Below are positions 24,111 through 35,828 of a stretch of 64,000 nt of DNA, one piece after another. The DNA is from Hydrolagus colliei. Lineage: Eukaryota. Below the pieces are notes generated by a model. It saw nothing but the letters and a program-made list of their open reading frames with translations, did not search any database and had not been told where the DNA came from. The position numbers and the translations under genes were made by a program. The number at the start of each line of letters is the position of its first letter. Positions within the stretch are counted from its first letter, which is position 1. Location: NCBI GenBank assembly GCA_035084275.1, contig CM068757.1:9548001-9612000 (forward strand), given 5' to 3'.

Positions 24111-26338
24111 GTCAACTTACATCACAATCCTCACACACCTGTACACCCACACAACATATACCCACAACATATGCACACCCACACAACATATACACACACA
24201 CAACATATACACACACCACTCACATGTAACATACACACACAAACCATATACGCACACACAAACAACATACACATATTCACTCAGCAGCTAACATTAACCT
24301 ATGTGTACTTTGCTGGACTTTCCAAAGCTTGGAAAGGGTTGAATCCTCAACTTGCGAAAAAATCACGCGACGTTTTCTATATTCTGCTAAATGACAAGTT
24401 TAAACTCCTGTCTGGGTTGGGAACTGATCATGGAACTGATCCAAAGTGGCCGGAGAGGCCGAAGGGACATCGATTATTGTAGAGCAGTGATTCTCGGTCA
24501 GGCGGCTGAGTTTCAGGGGATTTGGTAACGATCCGATCAATATACTAATGGGCTTCTTGTCACCATGTGTTGTATGTAACCTTAATGTTTGTTGGCAGTG
24601 TTTGCTGACACAGTACTGCCACCTCCTGTTAATAATACAATATATAATAATCCTGTATTTCATATAGCGCCTTATCATGTATAGACACTCACACACATAT
24701 ACATTGTCACATCTGGATCTTTGGATCTAACATTAGGAAACCCAAACTCAGTAGATTTACTGAATAAATCAGAGCTTCTCTCAGAAAATGGAACAGAAGT
24801 TGGCGAGATCTGTTTGTGGATTACAATGTGTTGTTTGGGTAATTAATATATTGAAATTCCCTTTGGTTTAGATGGTGGATATTAAGTTTCAGTTTTCCAG
24901 CCGCCAGGCGGATGGTTTGTGAGGAGAGCGCGATCCCAATCTCTACTTGCTACACACACACACACTACACATCCACTGAGTGTTCGCAACAGCCACAGTC
25001 ATCGTCACGACTTTTGATTCTGACAACCACATTGTGAATATCGATCAGCTTTGTCAGTCACTGAACGGTGATTAGAAATGTATCCGTTTTGCAGAATTTT
25101 GGAGAATCACCGTGAATTGTGTTTATCCCCTTCAGGCCATTTGTTCGACAGTAAATTAGCTGTAATCTTTGCTGTGATCTAAGGGTTAATGTATAAATGC
25201 TTTGCTGTAGTCTGTTATTAAACGCTCACACACTAGTTGTGTTTTTCACTGAGGTGCTTCGGCTGCATGTTTCCCAGATTCCTGCTCCGTGTCCGTTGGT
25301 AGAAAGAATCCCAAACCATGACACACCTCACCGTCAGTGAACCCATGGCCTGTGCCCTGTGAACAACTACAGCAAGTTACATTGGTATAGCTGGATGTGG
25401 CTTCATAAATGTGACTTCTTGTCAACGCTGAGTAACACGGCTGATATCTTCCAGGGGGCATCCTGTTTAACTCATGCCAAAGATTGGAGACCCCAGTGTG
25501 TGCGTTGGGATATTGCTGGAGTTTAACCAGCGAAATTCCTGTAGTTTGCCATTCACAACATCATCTGGTGTGAATGGCAAGGGCCCAGCAGGGCAAAACT
25601 TTGGACAATATTTTTTACTCTATACGCGTCTGATTACCTAGCAGTAAGTAGGAACCTGGGTATTATTTGATTGGCAGATCACTTTACGGTGGGGGGGGGG
25701 GGGGGGGTGTAATAATCCCTTTCAAAAAAACTTATACTAGTAATTTATTTGCTCACTGAATCCACGACTGGCTGTGGGACACTGTTGGTACGATTGGCTG
25801 CCGTGGTTCACCCACAAAATATAGTCAACATATTTTACACTATATTCTGATTGGCTCGTATCAGCGCCTCCGCACCTCAGGCACTGGCAACATCAGCATT
25901 CAAGGCTGCACTCTCCACCTCTCAAAGCCAGTCAGGAATTTGGGCGTCTTGTTCGACCCCGAATTGTCCTTCCTCCCCCAAATCCCAGCGCCTTGGGATG
26001 TCCTCCCGTCGTGAAAGGTGATCTATAAATGTAATTGTGTTGTTGTTGTGATTGTAAGGCGCTGTAGCCAATACAGGGATTATTATTATTATTATTATTA
26101 TAACAATATCTACATTGCAAAGGTTATTGTTGCTGTGAACATCACTACGATTAAATAAGTTGATCTGTCAAGTGCTTTCACACACTATATCTCCCTGCTG
26201 TGCTTCTCCTCGGTTCCTCTTTTCTTTTTCCCACAAATGACGATAACTCGGGATCTGTGTTCCCAGTTTAAAGCTAATCTGCTGTGAATACAATGATAGC
26301 GTTAAACACCATCCCTTTCCGAAAAATCATATACCAGT

Positions 26339-26350
26339 GAAAGTGAAAGC
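26339..26350 (+). promoter_or_regulatory. IRF-E/ISRE-like site GAAAGTGAAAGC upstream of leader copy 1
   Basis: Matches the IRF consensus GAAANNGAAA, about 70 nt upstream of the ATG at 26417. Confidence 0.45.
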
Positions 26351-26416
26351 ACAGCCCCAGTCAGTGCGGCTGGAAGCTGGAGAGAGAGAGTGAGAGACAC
26401 ACAGAGAGAGACAGAC

Positions 26417-26516
26417 ATGTTGAGGGGGACAAACTCGGCTATAATGTCCTCACCCGGTGGAGCTGCCAGGGCGCTGACCCTCGTCCTGATCCTTGGGTCT
26501 TGGATTGCAGGATCAG
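26417..26516 (+). CDS. Leader (signal peptide) exon, copy 1: MLRGTNSAIMSSPGGAARALTLVLILGSWIAGS
   Basis: ATG, hydrophobic core, phase-1 donor g|gtacag; near-identical to 38623-38722. Confidence 0.65.
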
Positions 26517-26824
26517 GTACAGAAAATGCGCAAACGTTAGACTGATTTGCTGTCTCTCAGCGTGGGGAGGGGGAGGGGGTTGGGGGGAGTTGTGGGGGAG
26601 TCACAGCCTGAAGCGTTCTGTGTTTGGAGTTTAGCTGATAATATCAAACACTGTATGAAGAACCCAAAACGGTGTTTGGGTTGTACAACTGGCGACCCGT
26701 GCATTCATTTGTTCATTCATTGATTTCTTTCGAGGCTTGGGACGATTAGATAATATTAAAGCAGAATATTATGAGTAGTAACCATACAGTGTCTTTCATT
26801 AACAGATTATATTCTTTCAACTCA

Positions 26825-28213
26825 CTCAATCCTTGAACCCCTCCAATCAGGTTTCCGCCCTGTTCACAGCTCGGAAACTGCCCTGGTCAAGGTCACTAAT
26901 GACATCTTAACCGCCTGCGACCAGGGCTCCCTCTGCCTCCTCGTCCTCCTTGACCTGTCTGCTGCGTTCGACACAGTCGATCACACCATCCTCCTCCAAC
27001 GTCTTTCCTCCCACCTCAACCTTCAAGGCACAGTCCTTCACTGGTTCCATTCCTACCTGACCCACCGCCTATACTTTGTATCTTCCAACGGTTTCTCCTC
27101 AAACCCCCGCATAGTTTCTCACGGCGTCCCTCAGGGCTCTGTCCTCGCCCCCTCCTTTTCACCATTTACACGCTCCCTCTGGGCGATGTCATCCGCAAAC
27201 ATGGGGTAAATTTCCACGTGTATGTGCATGACACCCAACTGTACCTTTCTGCCTCATCCCTCAACCCCCAGACCATCGATGTTCTGACAGCATGTCTGTC
27301 CGACATCGAGTCCTGGACGAGGGGCAACTTCCTCCAATTGAACGTGAGTAAGACCGAGGCCCTCCTGATCGGCTCAAGCCAGCGCTTCCGCACATCGGGC
27401 GCTGCCAGCCTCAACATCCAAGGCTGTTCTTTCCACCTCACAAAGCCAGTCAGGAACCTCGGCATCAAGTTCGACCAAAAACTCTCCTTCCTCCCCCACA
27501 TCCGTGCCTTGACCGGCACCGCTTACTTCCACCTACGCAACATTGCCAGGCTCCGCGACTATCTTACCCCCCCACGCTGCCGAAACACTCGTGCACGCGT
27601 ACATCACCTCAAGGCTGGACTACGGAAACTCTCTCCTCGTCGGCCTCCCCAGTTCCTCCATTCACAGGCTGCAGGCCATTCAAAACTCTGCAGCCCGTGG
27701 TATTATCCCGCACCCGCCTCAGCGACCACATAACACCCACCCTCGCCCGTCTCCACTGGCTCCCCATCCTCCAGAGGATCGAGTTCAAGATCCTCGTCCT
27801 CACCTTCAAGGCCTTACATGGCCTTGCCCCGCCCTATTTAGCCAACTTGCTCTCCCCCTACAAGCCCACCCGGACCCTCCGTTCAGCAGGACTTGGCTTG
27901 CTCCAAGACCTCCGCCCGAACCGCCCCACCATCGGAGGCCGGGCCTTCAGTTTTTCTGCTCCGACCTTATGGAATTCCATCCCCCAATCCCTGCGTCTTG
28001 TTTCTTCCCTTTCCTCTTTCAAGGCCGGTTTGATGACTTTCCTCTTCGACCGTGCCTTTTGATCCACCCCGAATTCTTCGACCTCCCCTACGCGTTTCAC
28101 TCCTTCCCGTACACTCCCCTCCCAGCTCGGGTCACACGCCTCCTGTGCAGCGCCTTGGGACGTCCTCCCGGCGTGAAAGGTGCTTTATAAGTGTAATTTG
28201 TTGTCGTTGTTGT
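26825..28213 (+). mobile_element. 5'-truncated L2-clade LINE (RT C-terminal part, 3' UTR, (GTT)n tail), frameshifted
   Basis: ORFs 27218..27733 and 27697..28062: [45 protein letters not shown]. Confidence 0.85.
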
Positions 28214-29011
28214 TCCTTGCCTGACACCATGGAGATGTGAAGAGGTGACAAATGGATGCTTGGTCTAGCTGTTCACAACATAAATAGAAAAGGAAATTGG
28301 AAACTGCTGGGAATCGCTCTGGACTGTTACACAATGTTCTGCTGTGTGTTGGCGGTGAGGTCAGGTCTATAACTCAATGTTCAGCAACGTCTCTCTTCAG
28401 TCTTTCTATTCTCTCCCCACAGTAACCCCCCCCCCCCCCACCCCCTGTTATTTCAGGGGCCACCAGCGCAAACAGGAAGCGTTTTGGAGCTGGAGCAAGG
28501 AACAGACATTTTGTAATCTCAGTTTCTAATTTGCTCTATCAGCAGTTGGCTATCAGGTTAACATGGAGGGGAAATCGGGTGGGGTTTTAACTCCAAAGTT
28601 CAAGAGAACTCTCTGCAGCCTGTGTAAATTACGTTGTTGTGATGGATACTGTATGATATTAAGTTGAAGTATTACGCAGTGGGGTAAACTTGTTCAAGGT
28701 GAGCAAAGTCACATGCGCAGTCAAGAAAATAATGAAACTACCCAATTGAGCATTTACCAACAACAAATTGGAATTGTATAAACCCTTTAATGTGGGTAAA
28801 ATATCACAAGGCACTGGGCAAACAGGGTTACGACCGAAGCAGGGGTTGGGATCAGTAGGGATGGAGATCAGGTAGGATAGGGGTAAAATGGTGACCAAAG
28901 GCACGGTTGAGCAGGAGGTTCTTGAGACTTGCTTTAAAGGAGGTAAGTGAGTGCACAAGGCTGCAGGTTCTGAATGAATAGCATTCATGTGGGGGCACAA
29001 ACTCGGCTATA

Positions 29012-29072
29012 ATGTCCTCACCCGGAGGAGCTGCCAAGGCGCTGATCCTCGGGGCTTGGATTGCAGGATCAG
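29012..29072 (+). pseudogene. Leader exon copy 2, degenerate (MSSPGGAAKALILGAWIAGS)
   Basis: First ATG is out of frame; 12-nt deletion in the hydrophobic core; donor g|gtacag intact. Confidence 0.55.
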
Positions 29073-29769
29073 GTACAGAAAATGTGCAAACGTTAGACTG
29101 ATTTGCTGCTGGATCCCACCGCTGAGCGAGACACAGAGTCGTGTTATCAGCACCGCTAACTGGAGGCTGCCCTCGGGGAGCGGTAGGGGTGTTGGGGGAC
29201 ACAGCCTGAAGGGTCTGTGTTTGGGGTTTAGCTGATGATATCAAATATCAAGGGCCTCTTGGATGGTAAACAGGCGGCCCACAGGCCGGATTCCTTTATC
29301 AATTTATTTGATTCTCCCCAGCAAGTTATAAGGGAAAAAACCAAGCCCTGTTTTGTGTGGGAGGCGAGGTCTTCAACTTAATGATCAACACGGACTCTCT
29401 ACAATCTGCACAAATTGTATTGTTGCTATGTGCTGCATATAATATTAAGTTACAGTGAAGCACTGGGGCAGATACATTGGAAAGATTGAAGAGTCTCAGT
29501 TATGAGTACCAATAGCGCCCTTGATGAAGGAACCATCTTGGTGGAATCAACAAGGGACAGTGAGGCTAGGGAAAAGAGAGTGACTGAAGGCGTGGTTGAA
29601 TTGAAGGGTCTTGAGACTTGGCTTGATGGAGGCAATGGAGTGAGCAAGGCAAAGGGAATGTAGGATGGAGTTATAAAGAGTGGGGGCAGAGAGGCTGAAG
29701 GGTGGTGGAGCGTGCAGGGGGGAGGACACAAATGAGGCCAGAGCCTGTTGAGTGGAGGAGAAGACAGAT

Positions 29770-30165
29770 CCAATTGGAGTTAGCACGTCTCAGACACAGG
29801 GAGGAGCAAAGCCGTGGAGGGCTTTGAAGGTGATGAAAAAATAATTTTTAATTCTATCATCTGGGGAATGGGGAGCCAGAGGAGCCGAGTCAGAGTGATA
29901 GGGTCAAGGATTCCGGTGTGGGAGAGAATACAAGCTGCAGGTTGTGAATGAATGGCTGCTTGAGGAGGGAAGAGTTGGGAAACCGATGAGCAGGAATTTG
30001 GAGTTGTCCAATCTAAATGTAAATAAATGCATGGATGAGGAACTCAGTGGGTGGGGGGGGGGGGGAGTCAGGTGATTAGTACATGGAGGTAGGGTGCCAT
30101 CGAGGGTGGAGGCAGAGAGATGGAGTTGGGTGTCATCTGCATACATTTGGAAGCTAACCCCATGT
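29770..30165 (-). mobile_element. Degenerate L2 LINE fragment
   Basis: MYADDTQL motif in ORF 29904..30146. Confidence 0.65.
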
Positions 30166-31005
30166 AGATAACATCGTGGTGGGGTATGAGCAGCTTGGAG
30201 AGGTGGGCAATAAGTGATTTGAAAGTGAGAAGGAGGATATTCTAATCAATCCATTCTGCAACAAGCAGCCAGTGAGGGCTTGCAGACACGGGGGTAATGG
30301 GGGTGCGGAGTCTCAAATACGTGAGGCACAGTCAGCAGAGTTTTGACACAAGCCTCAACCCCTCATTCTCTGGATAACCTGTGGGGTACAATTCAATAGG
30401 CACTAGCTGTGCTGCAGTGCTCTGCCTAAACGGCCATTAATTGCAAATGCACATGAGCATGCTGTTTAACATTCACCCCTTGGTATTGTCACCAAACCCT
30501 TGGGTAGGACTAGATTTTCTTGCTTCAATATTCTTGAAGCAGTAGCTCATCCCAACCTATGAATTTTAATACACTTCAAATGTTCGTTAAAACAAAAAAA
30601 ACTCAGCGATCGACTGACTTTAAAAACTCTTTTCGATTGGAAATCCTATCTGATTAACCACGATTTTAGACCAGAGAGTGAGGGAGGGAGGGAAGGGAGG
30701 GGGTGAGTTGACTTTTAAGGGAACATACATTTTTATCAGAAGAATAATGCTAGGTAGGATCCTGTCAGGTTTCAAATGTTGTTCAGACTTTTAAGGCAGA
30801 TTGCTCTGTGTTTGAGCAGTTTGTATTTATATACATTATATATATGTTAAAAAAAACACACATGATGAATTGGGGTTTAAAGTCGGATTCCAGGAACTTG
30901 TAACGAGGAAAAGGAGAGACAGAGAGAGAGAGAAAGACTTGGAAAAGTCACCTTAAACTCCTATCCAGATTTGTACTCGACTGCTAACGGTAAGGGTACA
31001 GATAT

Positions 31006-31294
31006 ACCTGCCTCTCTCCCTCTCTCTCTCCCGGGCTGCCGGCCTGCCTTTCTCCCTCTCTCTCTCCTGGGCTGCCGGCCTGCCGCTCTCCCTCTCTCTC
31101 TCTCCCTGCATCCCTCTCTCCCTCCCTGGCTGACAGGCTGCCTCTCTCTCTCCCTACCTACCTGTCTCTCCTGTCTCTCCTCCCTTCTGCCGACAATATC
31201 ATTGAAAATGCTTCCGTTTTTTTTCACCAAGAAAAGGTCAAAAACGGGGGGTGCGCCTTATACGCGGGTGCGCCTTATACGCGGAGATATACGG
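31006..31294. mobile_element. Right-end fragment of the same Tc1/pogo-type MITE family as 56126-56768
   Basis: Shares the CT-rich body and the right TIR followed by TA. Confidence 0.7.
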
Positions 31295-31740
31295 TATATA
31301 TTATATTATTCATAGCCATTTGTGGACCATTACTTTCCTCTTGATATGAAACATTGTATTTAAGTTCCTAAATTTGGGGTATCACAGCTCAGGGAGAATA
31401 TGTCATATTTGGAGGATGACCAGCATTGATTGACTAAATTACTGCCAAGGATGAAAGGACCAAGTGGATGGGTGGTTGTGTGTGTGTATATGTGGATGGG
31501 TGAGTGCATGTGTGGATATGTCAGATCAGTCAGTCAGCCAGTCCTGGCAGAATAGACACAACAAATGGGCTAAATAATAAATCGCATACTTGGCATAGGG
31601 CATTTTGTGTCAGGAGGGCGCCCCAAAGTGCTTCAAAGGATACACTGTAAAGTGTAGTAACTGCATGTTTTGTGCATTGAATGGCCTCCTCCTGTTCCTG
31701 ATTAACTACAGCGGTGTTTGAAATTGTTATTCATTCTTAG

Positions 31741-32048
31741 CCACTCCGAAACTGGATGCGATCTGGAAAGCATCAGGGCTGGCGATCACCAAGGAGGAAC
31801 TCGTACTGAACTGCAGAATCCACTCCTTTTCCCCAAAAGCTATTGGCGTTGTGTGGTGCAAAGATGGGGAGGAATTGCCCGAGAGCGTGGAGCTCAGTGA
31901 TCCCATTTGTGGGAAGGATGGCCTGTATTGCTGCTTGAGCACGTTGAGATTAATGCCCATCAAAAATGCTTTTGCCAGCAAGTACACGTGCAGAGTTTAC
32001 CATGAAAGTCTGGCTCAGCCCAAAGAGATGGAGTGGATCCTAGATTGA
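31741..32048 (+). CDS. Orphan canonical C1-set Ig exon ending in a stop (ATPKLDAIW...LVLNCRIHSFSPKAIGVVWCKDG...YTCRVYHESLAQPKEMEWILD*)
   Basis: tcattcttag acceptor at 31739-40; phase-1 reading open for 102 codons with B-strand Cys, C-strand Trp and YxCxVxH motif; TGA at 32046-48. Confidence 0.75.
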
Positions 32049-32804
32049 TTGGGTACGTGAAACAAATAACAACATTTGGTGTGTTCAAGTCCACACTGAT
32101 GCGTAATCTCACATGAGGCACCTCATCTAATCCCAGTCTTTTATTTACGTTCCGAACCCTTTAATCTTCCTCTCGATAAAATTGATCATTCACTTTATAG
32201 CTAATTGGAGGACTTTGCTTGTGTACATTAGCTACTGTGTTTGGTTATAAATACATAATCACTACACTTTAGGTTATATCCTATGGTTATATCGTTTGAG
32301 TCATCTTCCTGATGTGAAAGGCCCTCGATCAAATTCAAGAATAATAATTATTTATACCGATTACAGTCACTATGCAGAAAGCTCTGGGAGTGCATTTTGT
32401 TGCCTTTGGCATTGTTGTAATGCAAATAACTTTTTTTATCTGTAGTCAAACCTGTTTAAGCAGCTGACTCTATTCAGCAACCACCGCTGTCAACAACCAT
32501 ACTGTAACAGCCTGGATATACATTCTACATGCAGCTATAATAATAATGTTTGCATGTGATATAATGCTTTACTGCATTTTGTCTTTGAGATGTCTCAAAG
32601 TGAATTGAGATGAACCCTTACCCAGTCGCCAACAACTTGCATTTACATACTGCCCTCCATGCCGGGCGGTGTCTCAGAGCGCTTCAGAATGGCGGAGCCT
32701 AAGACTTATTTTAAGCTATTTGTTTTTTTTGACCTGCAGATTCATACAGTGAAAGTTCAAGAATTAGCACGGACTAATCCAGTGAGGGAGCAGGATCAAG
32801 AACT

Positions 32805-33170
32805 CAACAACAACAACAACAACAACAAATTACACTTATAAAGCGCCTTTCATGTCGGGAGGACGTCCCAAGGCGCTGCACAGGAGGCGTGTGACCCAAG
32901 CTGGGAGGGGAGTGTTCGGGGAGGGGTGAAACACGTAGGGGAGGTCGAAAAATTCTGGGTGGAACAAAAGGCACGGTCGAAGAGGAAAGTCTTCAAACCG
33001 GCCTTGAAAGAGGAAAGGGAAGAAACGAGACGGAGGGATTGAGGGATGGAATTCCATAAGGTGGGAACGGAAAAACTGAAGGCCCGGCCTCCGATGGTGG
33101 GGCGGTTCGGGCGGGGGGCTTGGAGCAGGCCAAGTCCTGCTGAACGGAGGGTCCGGGTGGGCTTGTAGGG
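32805..33170 (-). mobile_element. L2 LINE 3' end, interrupted by the hAT insertion (resumes 35829 to about 35860)
   Basis: (AAC)n tail; reverse complement matches 27860-28200. Confidence 0.8.
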
Positions 33171-35828
33171 CAGGCCCGTACGCAGGGGGGGTGCGACGGG
33201 TGCGTACGCACCCCCCCAAATTATAAAAGGTCCACATTTTCCGGGGTAGAGAATTGTAATTTTTTATCACATTTAACTACCAAGTAAAGTAAATTTATTG
33301 AGCATTTGTGTAACAATCAGTTCTTCAAAACTATGTAAAAATTATAAACACACATCTTTGAATGTTTTAGTATTAATATAAAATTATCGAGTCGCACACC
33401 AGAATCGGCGTCTAACCCAAAACATACCGCGTCGATAGACGAGTCAATGACTCGGCGAGTCTGTGACTCGTGACTGGATAAACAAGACTCAAATCCTCGT
33501 TGGAAATCATCCCGTATACAGCCACAAGGGACAGCACCACTACTGGAAGTTAAAATCATCTTTTAATCTGATCACCGTAAGTAAAAATTGCTCAAGTTTT
33601 GAGAGGTGTGACTGTAATGCTCGCAAACAATGACAACATATTTACAAGCTTCTGAGAAATTAAAGCTTTTGAGAACCCTACAAAAAAGTTATATGGTGGA
33701 CGGGAATGCCTATCTTTAAAAGAAATACTCATGGACGTAGACCTATGCATTAGCGCCTATTCTACGTGGTGTGTCAATCGGAAATCATCCCGTATACAGT
33801 CACTACATAAAAAGGTAGCACCACTTTGTGGAAGCTGAAATCGTATTTTAATCTGATAAATGTAAGTAAAAATCACTTAAGTTTTGATAGGCGTGTTTCT
33901 GAAATATCATGTTTCTTGTTTTGTCTTGATTATCACATTTGATTTATATTATTAAAAATGTATTCCTGTAATTAAAAATTGCTTTTAGAGACGTCCACTG
34001 GCATGCAAAAAAAAATGACTGCAAAGATAAACAGTGCTACTTTATTTCACATTCAGTTTTGTACCCAGAGTGAAAAAACATCAATGTCGCACGAATTTGG
34101 CATAAAAATAGTTTCACCATCATCTGATCGAGCGAACTCGGGCATTGACAACCACACTTCTCCACTGATCCCTTCTCTCCATGCAGCCTGACAACTCCCG
34201 CCTGCCAATACCCGAATCGCGCTCCAGAGTATCGATGTAGGTTAGGGTCGGTCTACCTCGTGTTCTGTGACCGTGCAATGGTTCCCATAGGATATTAGGA
34301 CTATCGACAGTTTCCTCCCGGCTTCTCCAGCTATGTCCGCTAAACGTAAGACGCCTCTGCAGTAATGTCTGTGATACCAGTGTGGTAGTGTACCATATAG
34401 CTCACTATTTGTCAGATGCTGTCGCCAGTAAACGTTCAGGGCGTCTCTTAGAAGCCTGGTATATACCTCATGAGTCACCTAATCTCCTGGTCAAGGTTTG
34501 CGTAAGTGTCCAGCATTCTGCTGAAGTTGCCGAGCCCCTTATAATTATACAACATAGGTCTACTCATTTCGTTAATGATATCGGAAACATCATAAATGCT
34601 ACTCTGAGCCCTGAGGAGTTGACCAATGCAATTGAAAAACTTGATGTTGCATATAAATACCATCTCTTGACAAGCCACTTCATCCCATCTGAAGATTACA
34701 TTTTCCCGTCACGGTTCCTTCACCATTGTCAGTGCCAGTTCAAGATGAGATACTTGCGAGATTATAAATGGATGGTCTACAGTCCTTCATTAGATGCTGC
34801 CTTTTGCATTCACTGTGCACTGATGGTCCAAACAAGTGAGAGGAAACGGATGGGGGCATTTGTTAATACACCCTTTACCATGTTTTACAAACTAAACGAG
34901 AAGGCGAAGGAACATGAACGAAATGGTTATCACGTAAATTCAATGATTAGATCGGCATCAATGCGCGACTCTGTTGCAAACCCACAACATAAGATAGACA
35001 TTCGTTTGGTCGATGAAAAGAAGAAAAACATTGAAAGAAATCGACATATCATAAGAACAGTTGCCGAAGCTGTATTATTCTGTGGACGTCAGTGCATTGC
35101 ACTTACAGGAGATAATGAAAGAGTCGTGGAAAGTAACACCGTTACGAGTGACGGCACACATTACAAAGGTAATCCGGGAAACTTTCTGGCAGCCCTACAG
35201 ATGATTGCGAAGCATGACGAGGTTCTTCGACATCACCTTGATAGTATTGGGCTCGCAAATAGGAATTCTAAATATACCTCACCTAGAATACAGAACGATA
35301 TCATCACAATCATCGGCCATGATATAATCCGCAGTGATTATTACATTATTGTTCATTACAGTCCGAAAGAAATTGAGTCTTAGGATAACAATGCAGAACA
35401 ACTTATTAATTACTGTCAATCTGTAGTTTATGATCATTTTCTCTTATACGCATACATTTATCAAGCATTCGTCATTGTACTGTTTTAATTGGATTGTAAT
35501 TTACTTTATCGTTCACATTCCGTTCAGCATCGAGTCAACAATCGTGTTTGTTTTTATTGGCGAACACATTCGACCTTCTCAAAAAATTTAGACACGGACT
35601 ACCGGGGAAAATAAAAACACTGAATAAATAATGATGCTCTTAAACACCAAGGGCATGAAACATTTACCGTTCATATTGGATCTTCTGAACCGAATAAATA
35701 AGACCTCAAACTGTGTAAAACGTCGGAGCCTCGAGGGGGTTTCTGGGGCAGCCCGCAAGCCCCCGGCCATTGTTGGTCCCATCACTAGCAATTCGCACCC
35801 CCCATTAAAAATCCTGCGTACGGCCCTG
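33171..35828 (+). mobile_element. hAT-superfamily (Tip100/ZMYM1-THAP12-like) deletion derivative, 16-bp TIRs, 5-bp TSD TAGGG
   Basis: Ends CAGGCCCGTACGCAGG / CCTGCGTACGGCCCTG. ORF 34382..35383 has WMVYSPSLDAAFCIHC (TTF-type Zn finger) and LFCGRQCIAL...GNFL...KYTSPRIQND (DUF4371-like), then stops before the catalytic core. Confidence 0.85.
34200..34478 (-). mobile_element. RTE-clade LINE fragment nested inside the hAT element
   Basis: YTRLLRDALNVYWRQHLTNSELYGTLP...LRLA resembles the post-RT region of RTE LINEs. Confidence 0.65.

Larger units (their letters stand above)
26240..30569 (+). repeat. Duplicate of the gene B promoter-leader-intron 1 region (38440-43400)
   Basis: Shared blocks 26240-26700/38440-38870, 28390-28650/38900-39190, 28660-28860/41200-41390 and 30330-30569/43180-43400. 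Confidence 0.8.

Noticed and set aside
23527-24482. ORFs 23527..24075 (-) and 24054..24482 (+)
   Set aside because: Derived from a local tandem repeat and a CA-rich low-complexity tract.
34382-35383. Domesticated host gene (THAP12/ZMYM1-like)
   Set aside because: Flanked by TIRs and a TSD inside an L2, truncated before the catalytic domain, with its 5' part overlapping an RTE fragment; it is a transposon remnant.
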